Shown: positions 11,726-23,776 of the stretch, piece after piece
How positions within the stretch are numbered: position 1 is the first letter of the stretch
How the letters are laid out: each line of letters begins with the position of its first letter
Assembly: GCA_030390025.1 (NCBI GenBank)
Contig: CM059432.1
Coordinates: 11,532,001 to 11,596,000, forward strand
From: Squalus acanthias
Lineage: Eukaryota
Direction: 5' to 3'
DNA: 64,000 nucleotides
Notes under the pieces: model-generated
Seen by the model: only the letters and a program-made list of their open reading frames with translations
Databases searched by the model: none
Told to the model about the DNA's origin: nothing
Translations under genes and position numbers: made by a program

Positions 11726-12487
11726 GCTTTGTTCCCTTGTACCGCTAGTATTTTATCCTCTTCACCCACTATGAAAATGGATACAAAGTCCACATTTAAC
11801 AAGTCTGCCATTTTCTTCTTATCCATTATAATCTTGCCTGCATCTGTCTTCAATGGGCCCACGTTCCCCTTTACCGCTCTTGTTCTCTTAATATATTTAT
11901 AAAAACGTTTGCTGTTGGCTTTGATATCCCTGGCAATTTTTTTTCCATATTCCTTTTTGCACCTCTGATTACTTTCCTTTGTATCCCTTTGTTGCTTTTT
12001 CCATCTCTCCCAGTATGCTGGGTTTCCACTTTTCCTTGCATTTGTGTAAGCGCTTTCTTTTAGCTCGATTACTGTCTCTTACCTCGTTTGTTGACCATAG
12101 TTGCTTAACCACACAAGTAGAGCCTTTGCCTTTTAGGGGTATGTGCTACTTTTGTATCATAGCAAATACTTCTTTGAATACTTCCCGCTGTTTGTCTGTA
12201 GGTTTACCCATTAACAGTTTAGCCCAGTTTACTGTGGTCAGTTTATTTCTAGTTTGCTTTACTTTAAATTTAACACCTTGGTTTGTGAGTCTCCCTCCTC
12301 ACTCTCAAACCTAATATCAAATTCAGTCATTTTATGGTAACTATTTGTAAGATGCTCCCTCACCGTCAGATTGTTAAATAATTCTATTTCGTTACTCATC
12401 ACTAAATCCAGTCTGGCCAATTCCTTTTTTGGTTCTAAAACGTATTGTTCGAGAAAACTATTCTGAATACATTCAAGAAATTCAAAT

Positions 12488-12950
12488 GTGTCAGCCAGTG
12501 GCTCAGTGGGTAGCACTCTCTCCTCTGAGTCAGAAGGTTGTGGGTTCAAGTCCCCACTCCAGAGGCTTGAGCACAAAAATCTAGGCTGACACTCCCAGTG
12601 CAGTGCTGAGGGAGTGCTACACTGTCAGAGGTGCCGCCTTTCGGATGAGACATTAAACCGAGGTACCCGTCTGCCCTCTCAGCGGAGTGTAAAAGATCCC
12701 ACGGCCACTATTTCGAAGAAGAGCGGGGGGAGTTCTCCCCGGTGTCCTGGGGCCAATATTTATCTCTCAACCAACATCACTAAAGTAGTTTATCCAGTCA
12801 TTATCACATTGCTGTTTGTGGGAGCTTGCTGTGCGCCAATTGGCGGCTGTGTTTCCTACGTTACAACAGTACTTCATTGGCCATAAAGCGTTTTGGGACG
12901 TCCTGAGGTTGTGAAAGGCGCTATATAAATGCAAGTTCTTTGTTTTTTTT
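12488..12950 (+). mobile_element. SacSINE1-like DeuSINE, near full length
   Basis: A/B boxes, Deu domain (gaggtgccgcctttcggatgagacattaaaccgagg), tail aaaggcgctatataaatgcaag. Confidence 0.88.
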
Positions 12951-13349
12951 ATTCCCTTTACCACTTGTGCTATGCTGCTTCGCCCAGTCTATGTGAAAAT
13001 TAAAATCTCCCATTATAACCACTTTGTTTTTGCTATCAATATCGCTGTCCTTTCTAAAGATCTTAGCGACTGGAAGACTTAGCTTCTAATCGTGCTCCGG
13101 TTGTAGCCAGCCAGGTCTCTGGAATCGCTGCTACATCATACCTTTTAAGCCGAATTTGTGCTTCTAACTCACTTGTTTGATTTCTTATGCCACGTGCATT
13201 TGTGTACAGAGCCCTTATCTGGGTAACTGTTCCCACCCTGCTCTTATTAGCTGCTGGTCTTTTTTATCACACATTTTGACTTAAAGTGAGGATTTTCCCT
13301 CCCTTCCCCCCCCCCCCCCCCCCCCGCCCCCCAACTAGTTTAACTCTTA

Positions 13350-13667
13350 TGATAGCAAAATACTGCGGATGCTGGAAATCCGAAATAACAACAGAAAATG
13401 CTGGAAAAACTCAGCAGGCCAGGCAGCATCCGTGAAGAGAGAAACAGAGTTAACGTTTCAGGTCGAAGACCTTTCGTCAGAACTGGGAAAAAAGCAGGAA
13501 ATGAAATAGATTTAAAGCAAGGATAAAGCTGGGAAAAGGGGGAGGGGATGAAAGAACAAAAGGAGAGATTGAGAGACATTAAGAGATGATCAAGGCAAGA
13601 GGAGGAGTTAATGTGACAGGTTGAGGCTAAAAGAAGTGTGAAATGCACTGGCAGAATGAAGGACAGC
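13350..13667 (-). mobile_element. Penelope-like terminal fragment (family B) with hammerhead motif
   Basis: 13-bp TSD agtttaactctta (13337-13349 / 13668-13680). Shares cagaaaatgctgga...ctcagc...cagcatc...gagttaacgtttcaggtc with the copies at ~27200 and ~59210. Confidence 0.8.
13448..13484 (-). ncRNA. Minimal type I hammerhead ribozyme motif (family B, intact core)
   Basis: Minus strand: AGTT-CTGACGA-A-AGGTC-TTC-GACCT-GAAA-CG-T-T-AACT. Stem I AGTT/AACT, stem II AGGTC/GACCT, palindromic ACGT helix III, putative GUU cleavage triplet. Confidence 0.75.
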
Positions 13668-13699
13668 AGTTTAACTCTTACCCCACTGCCCTATTTACC

Positions 13700-14920
13700 C
13701 TTGGGAGGGGAAAGGAGGTTACAGAAGTAAGGAAGGGCAAGGCCATGGAGGGACTTGTAGTTGAGGACAAGGATTTTTAAATTGATGCAGAACCAATGGA
13801 GGTTGGTGAGGACAGGGTGATTGGGTAGTGGGACTGAGTACTGATGGAGTATTGGACAGTGGAGTTTCGAACAAGTTGCTGTTTGTGAATGGTAAAAACT
13901 GGGAGATGGGCATGGAGAGCTTTGGAGTAAATAAGTCTGGAGGTGACAAAGGCAGCAGTAGGACACAATTAAATAGACACTGGACAGAGGCCCAGGCTCC
14001 TGGTGCCCGAACGCCTCCATTTAAAAATTCTCATGCTCGTGTTCAAATCCCCCCATGGCCTCGCACCCTCCCTATCTTGGTATCCTTCTCAAGCCCTTCA
14101 GCCCTCTGAGATCTCTGCTTTCCTCCAACTCTCGCCTCTTGTCCAGCCCCCATTTCCTTCACCCCACCATTGGCAGCCGTGCCTTCAGCTGTCTGGGCCC
14201 CCCAAGCTCTGGAGCTCCCTCCCTAAACCTCTCCGCCTTTCTCTCTCCTCCCTGAAGACCCTCCTTTAAAAACCTACCACTTCGACCAAGCTTTTGGTCA
14301 CCTGTCCTAATGTCTCCTTCTTTGGCTCAGTGTCAATCTTTGCCTGATTACACTCCTGGGAAGCGCCTTGGGATGTTTTACCACATTAAAGGCGTTATAT
14401 AAATGCAAGCTGTTGTTGTTGTTGTTGTTGTATAGATGCTCAAGGCACGATCATATAGGTAAGAGTGGAACCAAGCAAGGGGAGTCCCACCACTCATCGG
14501 AGGAGGATGGTGGAATTGATCGGGTCAAAAGCTGTAGAGAGGTCAAACAGGAAAGGATAATGCACCACGGTCATTGTCACAGAGAATATTGCTTGCAACT
14601 TTGCTTAGAGGCATTTCAGTACAGGGGAGGGAAGGAAACTCATTGGAGGGATTCGCACAGAGAGTCGGGCATGGACCTGGGAGGTGACAACATATTCTTG
14701 GGCGAGGAAAGGGAGACTGGAGATGGGTAGCAGTTAGCAAAGGACGGAGGAGATAAGGGTGTTTTTTTTGATGAGAGGGGCAATGATCGCGGAGCGACTG
14801 AGGAGAGGGAACCATTTTGAACGTTGGCTGACATGGGGGTCAGGAAGGGAAGTTCAGTGGTCAGGTGGTTAGTGGGAAAGGGCTTCAAGAAGCAGGAGTC
14901 CAATCTCGTGGCTAAGATGA
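13700..14920. mobile_element. L2 LINE fragments: minus 13700-14000, plus 14010-14430 with (ttg)n tail, minus 14430-14920
   Basis: PVLTNLHW...KILVLNYKSLHGLA and GSRAFSC motifs; tail aaaggcgttatataaatgcaagctgttgttg. Confidence 0.8.
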
Positions 14921-15099
14921 TATTAGACAGCTCTTAAGCCTTGACTTGTGACTTTCTCCTGAGTTGGGTATGTAGATTCTGTGTTGTTATGGAAACTGGT
15001 TTAAAATGCCACGCGGCAGCTTCTTCTATATGGAGACTCTTCGCTAAGTGAGCATTGGTTGACATATGTGATTTATATAGAACTCTCCGGTTTATACAC

Positions 15100-16172
15100 A
15101 GATTTAAGGTAATTGACAGAAGAACCAGGGGGAGATGAGGAGATATTTTTTGTGCAGTGAGTTATGATGATTTGGAATGCGCTGTCTGACGTAAGAAAAC
15201 TACTATGCACTTGGTCTAAGCGTTAAACAAAGCTTTAATCAACTGTTTTTCAACATGGAATCTAGTTGTGTCCTTCACTAGTTCCTGTTAAAGAATGTCC
15301 CGAGCAAGCTGGGCCCATGCCCGAGTATTTATACTCTCCCTGGACAGCGCCACCAGCAGGCCGCCCAGTATTATTTCATAAGTCATTTCCACATGAATGA
15401 CAAGATTCATGTCACTGCCTGAAAGGGTGGGGGAAGCAGATCCAGTGGTAACTTTCAAAAGTGAATTGGATAAAGACTTCGTAGGATCATAGAAACTTAC
15501 CGCACAGAAGGAGGCCATTCGGCCCTTCGTGCCGGCTCTTTGAAAGAGCAGTCGTGCTCAGTCCCACATCCCCGCTTTTTGTCCGTAACCCTGTGAGCTC
15601 CTCATCCTCCAGTATCTGTCCAACTCCCTTTTAAAATTATTGATGGAATCGGCTTCCATCACCTGTTCGGGCGGAGCGTTCCAGATCCCGACAACTCTGA
15701 GTGCAAAAAATTCTCCTCATCTCCCCTCTAGATCTTTTGCCAATGATTTTAAATCTATGACCTCTGGTTATTGACCCACTCGCCAGAGGGAACTGCCTTT
15801 CTCTGTCGTCTGCTCTATCAAGATGCGGAGATGCCTATCAAAACCTCTCACCATCTTGAAAACCTCTATTAGGTCACCTCTTAACCTTCCGTGTTCCAAG
15901 GAGAACAGTCTGAACTTTTCCAACTTCTTGTAATTGAAGTCCCTCATCCCTGGGAACCTCCTGGTAAACCTCCTCTGCAGCCTTTCTGAGGCCTTTACAT
16001 CTTTCCTGAAGTGTGGCGCCCAGAATCGTCAACAATACTCCAGCTGAGGCCTAACCAGTGATTTACTTGAAGAAAAGGAAAACATTGCAGGGCTGTGGGG
16101 AAAGAACAGGGGGAGTGGGACTAAATTGGAGAGCTCTTTCAAAGAGCCGGCACAGGCACGATGGGTCGAACA
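15100..16172. mobile_element. Plus CR1 3' end split by the solo LTR and by a minus CR1 (15486-16060)
   Basis: CR1 3' motifs resume at ~16063 after the minus copy. Confidence 0.75.
15187..15414 (-). mobile_element. Solo LTR (228 bp) inserted in a CR1 3' fragment
   Basis: Termini TGAC...GTCA and 5-bp TSD ctgtc/ctgcc. Minus-strand TATAAATA and ATTAAA signals lie in the expected order. The CR1 motif ggaatgcgctgcctgaaaggg is restored on removal. Confidence 0.7.
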
Positions 16173-16597
16173 GCTACTCTGAATGTGATTCACAGAATGT
16201 CTACCCTGCCGGATGACACACTATTATTTGTCGTACATCAGGACTATGCAAGTGCGACATCTCAGCGTGTTTCATTACTTCCCCCTCTCCTGAAGATGCT
16301 ATTAACTGGGTTATAGTCCCACAGGAAACGGCGGCCTCTCCAGTTGTTTTTGACCCAAATACTCTTCCTTGTTCATTAATCTAGATAGTGTCTTTTGGTG
16401 GGCTATTTGACAACAGAAGCATCATATTCAAATTAGATCCCACCCTCGGGCAACATCCACACAACATTCTGGCACGAGTAATCCTAGCGGATTTTTCCCA
16501 ACCCAGGGCATGAATGGCCAATTGTTGCCCGAGCTCCGATCAGCTATCTCATTACAGACCAGGGATTGAACCTGGGACCTCTGTTCTGTATATTCCC

Positions 16598-17445
16598 ACA
16601 TCTCACAACACACCGCGCCAACACCACACCGCATCACACAACACACCGCACCAACACGACACTCCACCCACGCTCACACCAACACCACAGCGCACCATGC
16701 CACACCCACACCACACCACACCAACACCACACTGTACCGTGCCACACCAACATCGCACCACACCGTATCACAGCACACCGCACCACACCAACACCACACC
16801 CACATCACACCACACTATACCGTACCACACCGTATCACAGCACACTGCACCACACCCACATCACAGCACACTGTACCGTACCACACCCACATCACAGCAC
16901 ACTGTACCGTACCACACCGTATCACAGCACACTGTACCGTACCACACCAACATCACACCACACTGTACCGTACCACACCCACATCACACCACACTGTACC
17001 GTACCACACCAACATCGCACCACACCGTATCACAGCACACCGCACCACACCAACACCACACCCACATCACAGCACACTGTACCGTATCACACCACACTGT
17101 ACCGTACCACACCAACACCACACCACACCACACTGTACCGTACCACACCACACTGTACCATACCACACCCACATCACACCACACTGTACCGTACCACATC
17201 AACATCGCACCACACTGTACCGTACCACACCAACATCGCACCACACCGTATCACAGCACACCGCACCACACCAACACCACACCCACATCACAGCACACTG
17301 TACCGTACCACACCACATCACACCACACTGTACCGCACCACACCACACTGTACCGTACCACACCCACATCACACCACACTGTACCGTACCACATCAACAT
17401 CGCACCACGCCAACACCACATCACATCACATCACATCACATCATA
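16598..17445. repeat. Complex pentamer-based simple repeat (CACAC / CACTG / TACCG / TACCA / CATCA units)
   Basis: Directly visible; generates the stop-free H/T/P-rich ORFs 16514-17512 and 16566-17516. Confidence 0.93.
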
Positions 17446-18179
17446 CATTTATTCCCAGGCTATTATGGGAGTTCCTGCTAATGTGTTTAATGGTTATATT
17501 GTCAAATCCTGAATGAGATGCTGTCAGATGTAAATCCAGCTCTGGACGATGAGCACCAGGTACATTGCATGTTATCTGATCTGCTTAAAGTCTAAAACAG
17601 GACTGCAGACTGTGACAGTAACTGTACGGGAGACAAGGCAACCTAGATTCCATGTAATTCTATGTATTCAGTGGGTCACAGAAGCAGCTGGAGAATAATA
17701 TACCGACAGTGTGCGCTGAACCACTCATAATGTGTGATGGGAGGAGCTGTAAATCAGAAGTGACAAGTGATCATACATTTATCATTACGTAATTAAACCT
17801 GTAATGGAAATGCCAGTGACTTTACATACAATATCCCATTTCTGCAGGCTGTCATTTTAAGAACATTGGCCTTTTGCCATGGGCTTGGAATTTAACCAAG
17901 GATGTTGCTGGCCTGTTCCCTTGGATGTTAAAACTGCTGTAATGGGAAGACCGTCGCACTGGCGCTCTGGAAGGATGAGAAACGATGGGCTGAAGGGCCT
18001 TCTTCGTTCGTACTTCCCTTGCGGCCAGTGACTTCCGTCGGGGATGAATGGTGCTTGCCGACAAATGAGTCCCATCACGTGTGCTGCAAGAAGCACGGCT
18101 GATGTACGGCGCAGACTGATGGGATTTGTCTTGTCAGTGGCAGCAGGGAATATGTCGGAAGAATCAGACTCTCACTTGG

Positions 18180-18180
<1 letters not shown>

Positions 18181-18227
<47 letters not shown>
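18181..18227. repeat. (CA)n microsatellite
   Basis: Directly visible. Confidence 0.95.
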
Positions 18228-18229
<2 letters not shown>

Positions 18230-18294
18230 TCATACAGACTTCTAATCCAAGTAACCAGGCTGAGAGCTCCTGCTGTGTACGGCTTAGTGCTAAA

Positions 18295-18510
18295 CTGCAC
18301 TTTGAGTACATAATCTAGGCAGACACTTCAGTGCAGTACCGAGGGAGTACTGTATTGTCAGAGCTGCCAGCTTTTTGGATAAGACATTACGCTGCGGCCC
18401 CATTGGCCTGCTCGGATGGATGTAAAAGATCCCATGGCACTTTTTCTTTTTGAAGGAGAGTGGGGTGGGGGGGGGGGGGGGGGGGGGGGGGGAGTTCTTC
18501 CGATGTCCAA
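18295..18510 (+). mobile_element. DeuSINE fragment
   Basis: cagtgcagtaccgagggagt...ggatgtaaaagatcccatggcact. Confidence 0.7.
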
Positions 18511-19211
18511 CAAGAGTGTGCACGGCACACGATCCACCCAGTTCTTCACTCTAAATTGCATCGGGGTGCTACGTACGCCTATAGGACCCCGACTTGTGTA
18601 CAGCAATGAGGCTCCTGCCTGATTCAGGCGGGTGCCTTGGCCGCCCAATTGAAAGACCCAGTAAATATGGCAGCGGAGCGGTAACAGGACTGCAATTTTT
18701 AACTCCGCTACCACTCCACCAGTCAGGCCCGACTTAAAATCGTCTCTTCTGTGTCGTAACCTATTTCCGAACTCTTTTTGAGGGCCCGAGTTTTGGCTAA
18801 TTCCGCTCCTTCCGCCCTCTACTCATTCCGTTATATCCTTTATCTCTGGCACTTTGAGCCAGAGCACTATTCAGGACTCAAGTATAGAAGCATTAGCCTC
18901 TGGATTACTATAGAAGCTAACCTTCTACTCTCTCTGTCGATTTTTTTTTTACTCATTCGGGGGCTGCGGGCGTCGTTGGCAAGGCCAGCATTTATTGCCC
19001 ATCCCTAATTGGCCTTGAGAAGGTGGTGGTGAGCTGCGGTCCGTGTGGTGAAGGTACTTTGGTAAAACTGAATGGCTTGCTTGGGAAGTTAAGAGTCAAC
19101 CACATTGCTGTGGGTCTGAAGTCACATAATAATGGCAAAATACTAATGTTCTTTTAGGGTTTTTAAAGGCAATCCGGTAGTTACATGGTCACCGTTGCTG
19201 ATACTAGCTTT

Positions 19212-19970
19212 TCAGCCCCTCGAGCCTGTTCCGCCATTCAGTGAGATCAGGGCTGACCCGCGACCTAACTCCATATACCTGCCTTTGCCCCGTATCCCTT
19301 AAAGCCTTTGGTTAACAGAAATCTATCAATCTCAGATTTAAAATTAACAATTGATCTAGCATCAGTTGCTGTTTGTGGAAGAGAGTTCCAAACTTCTACC
19401 ACCCTTTGTGTGTAGAAGTGTTTTCTAACTTCACTCCTGTGTAATTGCTCTTCATAATTTAACCCTTGGGGGGAAAAATTCAGTATCGCCCCATTTGGGG
19501 CACAATTATCAGCCGGGTGCAGAGATTAGCGCCTGGCGCTAATTATCGCCTCCGACTGCAAACTTGGCTTTTATCGCCCCTGGAGGTGATTGGAGCACTA
19601 AATCAGGCGCTACACATCTGTCTTAAGGCGCAAAGGCCGAGGAGCGAGGCGCTACCTCAGAGCGCTGGCGAAGCTCATGTGATGTCAGTCAGCAATGGAA
19701 CAGAGACACAATGGCCCCGGCCAGTTCTTAAAGGGGAGGGTTGATCTTGCTCTCCATCCACACCCTGCTCATTGCAGCCTTGAATATCGGCCTGGAGAGA
19801 CCTGTACATCAAATCTGCTGGGAAGAACAATGGAGAGAACCAGGGAAAGAGCTCAGAGAGCAGCCCCCACAGTCTCTTCTAAATAGATGCAAGGAAGGAC
19901 AAATCAAAATGAACCTGCAAAGTGCTGCTCAGTACCCAAAACTCCTTCACACAGCGTTGAATCTCTCCAG

Positions 19971-20009
<39 letters not shown>

Positions 20010-21020
20010 AATGCGTGGTGCAAAAATGTCACCAACAAAAAAAAGCAGGAAGCGTTCGCCTTTAAATAGTGCTCCCCCAGTCCCTTCCTGACTGCAAAAC
20101 GCTCCCCTCAACCTGTCGTTGCTAGCGGCAGGCGGTAAGGCAGGGGGCGCCACTTAATATCCGCTCCGGGGCGCTACCGGGGCGTTGCGCACTCGACTGA
20201 TGTCACGATCTGCCGGCGCAGGAGATCATGGCAGTAGTGTTTAGCGCCGCTGCAAAATGTCTAGTTAATTTCGCGAGCGGCGCAAACATCGCCGCGCCCA
20301 AGCGCTAGTTGCTTTGCGCCCCATTAGCGCCCTCTTAAGGCGCTAACGGGAGGCGCAACCAACTGAATTTTTCCCCCTTGGAGTCCAGGTATCATTCTGG
20401 TAAATCTACACTGCACTCCCTCCAAGGCCAATATATCGTTCCTAAGGTGTGGTGCCCAGAACTGCTCTCCGTACTCCAGGTGTGGTCTAACCAGGGTTTT
20501 GTATAGCTGTAGCATAACTTCTACCCTCTTGTACTCTAGTCCTCTAGATATAAAGGCCAGCATTCCATTAGCCTTTTTGATTATTTTCTGTACCTGTCCA
20601 TGACATTTTAATGATCTATGTACATGGACCCTTAAGTCTCTTTGGACCTCCACTATTTCTAGCTTTCCACCATTTAGAAAGTACTCTGATTTATCTTTTT
20701 TAGGTCCAAAGTGGATGACCTCATACTTGAATATATTGAAATCCATTTGCCACAGTTTTGACCATTCACTTAATCTACTAATATCTCTTTGTAATTTTAT
20801 GCTTCCATTTACACTGCTTACGATGCCGCCTACCTTTGTCATCGGCAAACTTGGATATGTGGCTCTGTATCCCATCATCTAAGTTGTTAATAAATATGGT
20901 GAATAGTTCAGGTCCCAAAACAGATCCCTGTAGGACACCACTAGTCACATCCTGCCAATTAGAGTACCTGCCCATTATCCCTACTCTCTGTCTCTTGCCG
21001 CTCAGCCAGTTTCCTAACCA
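19212..21020 (-). mobile_element. CR1 LINE (RT to 3' UTR), interrupted by a MITE
   Basis: ORFs 20324-20878 and 20778-20975 (QGSVLGP, FADD). Confidence 0.87.
19469..20377. mobile_element. Non-autonomous DNA transposon (PIF/Harbinger-like MITE), 909 bp
   Basis: Perfect 16-bp TIR gggggaaaaattcagt / actgaatttttccccc and 3-bp TSD ttg (19466-68 / 20378-80). The host CR1 is restored on removal. Confidence 0.88.
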
Positions 21021-21029
21021 GTGCTCCCA

Positions 21030-21868
21030 GCAAAATTCTTACAGGGCTTGACAGGGTAGATGCAGGGAGGATGATTCCCCTGGCTGAGGAGTCTAGAACC
21101 AGGGGTCACAGTCTCAGAATAAGGGGTCGGCCATTTAGGACTGAGATGAGGAAAATTTCTTCACTCAGAGGGTGGTGAATCTTTGGAATTCTCTACCCCA
21201 GAGGGCTGTGGAGGCTCAGTCGTTGAGTATATTCAAGACAGAGATCGATAGATTTTTGAATATTAAGGGAATCAAGGTATATGGGGATAGTTCAGGAAAG
21301 TGAAGATGAGGTAGAAGATCAGACTTGATCTCATTGAATGGCGGAGCAGGCTCGAAGGGCCAAATGGCCTACACCTGCTCCTATTTCTTATGTTCTTATG
21401 CTCTCATCTCTGTTTTCTGAACAAATACATAATAACATAAGAATTAGGAGCAGGAGTAGGCCATACGGCCCCTCGAGCCTGCTCCGTCATTCAGTAAGAT
21501 CATGGCTGATCTTTGACCTCAACTCCACTTTCTCGCCCGATCCCCATATCCCTTGATTCCCCTGGAGTCCAAAAATCTATCTATCTCAGCCTTGAATATA
21601 CTCAAAGACTCAGCATTCACAGCCCTCTGGGGTAGAGAATTCCAAAGATTCACAACCCTCTGAGTGAAGAAATTCTTCCTCATCTCAGTCTTAAATGGCC
21701 GACCCCTTATCCTGAGACTATGTCCCCTAGTTCTAGACACTCCAGTCCAGGGGAGACAACCTCTCAGCATCTACCCTGTCAATCCCTTTCAGAATCTTGT
21801 ATGTTTCAATGAGATCACCTCTCATTCTTCTAAACTCTAGAGAGTATAGGCCCAATCTACACAATCTA
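21030..21868. mobile_element. Tail-to-tail CR1 3' ends (plus 21030-21400, minus 21432-21868)
   Basis: Same-family 3' sequences in opposite orientation, about 30 bp apart. Confidence 0.87.
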
Positions 21869-21926
21869 TGATCTTGTTACCCGTTTGAAGATACATTCTC
21901 AGTCCTCTCTAACAGGTAAATTGTTG

Positions 21927-22073
21927 GGATCACAAGCTTTCGGAGCGCTGCTCCTTCGTCAGGTGAAGAAGGAGCAGGGCTCCGAAAGCTTGTGATTTCA
22001 AATAAAGCTGTTGGACTATAACCTGGTGTTGTGCGACTTCTCACTTTTGTCCAACACCGGCATCTCCGCATCA
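21927..22073. mobile_element. Penelope-like family A mini-insertion with an inverted 5' segment and hammerhead motifs
   Basis: 13-bp TSD aggtaaattgttg (21914-21926 / 22074-22086). Intact minus-strand motif at 21930-21966 (TCAC-CTGACGA-A-GGAGC-AGC-GCTCC-GAAA-GC-T-T-GTGA) abuts a 5'-clipped plus-strand copy. Confidence 0.82.
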
Positions 22074-22409
22074 AGGTAAATTGTTGTTCTGTACAGTAAC
22101 TTTACCTTGCATACAGGTGTGTCTCAGGTGTATTGCAATCCTGTGACCTTATCTGTAAACATTAGGATAGATTTGTACCTCGTAACCGGTGCCTGGAATG
22201 TGCTGGTGGAACCTGGCAGAAGTGGTATTTGCTGACGGTCAACACTGGCCACATACCAGCTGTAGACTGAATCTCGTAAAATCCGCTTCATGTTTCGGGC
22301 ACGGCGCACCTCACGAGCCAGAGCGTAGGAGCCAACCAGAGCTTTAGGTCTCTGTGTCCTTGTGTTCTGTCGTGATATTTTAATCCGGGGCTACTAAAGG
22401 ACCCACCCC

Positions 22410-22615
22410 CAAGAAAAGAAAGAAGAACTTGCATTTATATAGCGCCTGTCACGACCTCAAGACGTTCCCAAAGTGCTTTACAGCCAACAAAGTACTTTTT
22501 GAAGCGTAGTCACTGTTGTCATGTAGGAAACGTAGCAGCCAATTTTACATACAGCAAGATCCCACAAACAGCGATGTGACAATGCCCAGATAATCTGGGT
22601 TTTTTTTTTTAGCGA
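22410..22615 (-). mobile_element. DeuSINE 3' fragment
   Basis: Reverse L2-like tail and 3' domain. Confidence 0.75.
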
Positions 22616-23194
22616 TGAAGCGCTTTGTTTGAGGAAGGCAGAAATCCACTTCGGATAATCCTGCCAGTGGCATCTCACCCTTGACTCCCGGAAAATGTTG
22701 AGGGGGCCCCAGAGACAGAGCACGTAGCTGAAGAATCTGAAATATTTCAGCTGAATTATGTGGGTAACTTTACGAGTTTGTGCTGGCGACAGTTAGCCTC
22801 GCCCGGCGATGTGTGCGTCGGGAAGTTGTGCTCACGCTGCCCGTGATTTTTTTCCATTTAATGGACGGAAAATTGATGATTGCCTGGCTGGGATTTTCCC
22901 GATTTTAGTGTGTGGCTGTTGGGCCAGGCTGTCTGCCGGCAGTGGGAATCGGCTCGATTCGATTTTTAGAGAACTGATGTAAAGTGTGAACATCTTTTAC
23001 CTTTTAAACTCTGTTTTATCGCCCGGTCTCTCTGGACCATACACTTTTCATGGGCGAGACAAAGTGGCTGGAAACCTTCCAGGACATGTGTGCTGGGAAT
23101 GCGCACCACTAAATGTGAAAGAGCAGCCTGGGGTGACCAGCTGTCTGATGTTTCCTTTGTGGGGAGACACTGGAGTCTCGATTTTCTGATAGTG

Positions 23195-23776
23195 TTCAAG
23201 TAACACGAGTTAGGCCGCAGCTCTAGAATACTGCGTGCAGTTCTGGTCACCACGTTACAGGAAAGATGCGATTGCACTACAGGGGGTACAGAGGAGATTT
23301 ACGAGGATGTTGCCAGGACTGGGGAATTTTAGCTATGAGGAAAGATTGGATAGGCTGGGGTTGTTTTCTTTGGAACAGAGAAGGCTGAGGGGAGACTTAA
23401 TTGAGGTGTATAAAATTATGAGGGGCCGAGATAGAGTGGATAGGAAGGACCTATTTCCCTTAGCAGAGGGGTCAATAACCAGGGGCCATAGATTTAAAGT
23501 AATTGGTGGGAGGTTTAGAGGGGATTTGAGGAGAAATTTCTTCACCTAGAGGGTGGTGGGGGCCTGGAACTCACTGCCTGAAAGGGTGATAGAGGCAGAG
23601 ACCCTCATCACATTTAAAAAGCACTTGGATGTGCACTTGAAGTGCCGTAACCTACAGGGCTACGGACCAAGTGCTGGAAAGTGGGATTAGGCTGGATAGC
23701 TCTTTGTCGGCCGGCGCGGACAAGATGGGCCGAATGGCCTCCTTCTGTGCTGTACATTTCCATGATTCTATGATTC
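23195..23776 (+). mobile_element. CR1 LINE 3' end
   Basis: ORF 23235-23549 (QFWSP...RRLRGDLIEVYKIM). Confidence 0.88.

Larger units (their letters stand above)
11730..13700 (-). mobile_element. Old CR1 LINE internal fragment (endonuclease/linker), host to a SINE and a Penelope-like insertion
   Basis: ORFs 12259-12576 (FLECIQNSFLEQYV...LDLVMSNE) and 11656-11862 (GPLKTDAGKIIMD). Confidence 0.75.

Noticed and set aside
12495..12565. tRNA gene
   Set aside because: The A/B boxes are the head of a SINE and run straight into the Deu domain. The same applies at 11270, 45200, 46000 and 58030.
16514..17516. Two His/Thr/Pro-rich ORFs of over 300 aa
   Set aside because: They are translations of a simple repeat with no splice or homology support.
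17518..17559. Possible alternative exon MLSDVNPALDDEHQ ending CAG|gtacat (phase 0)
   Set aside because: The donor is weak, the polypyrimidine tract is poor and I see no homology. Such matches are expected by chance in a long intron.
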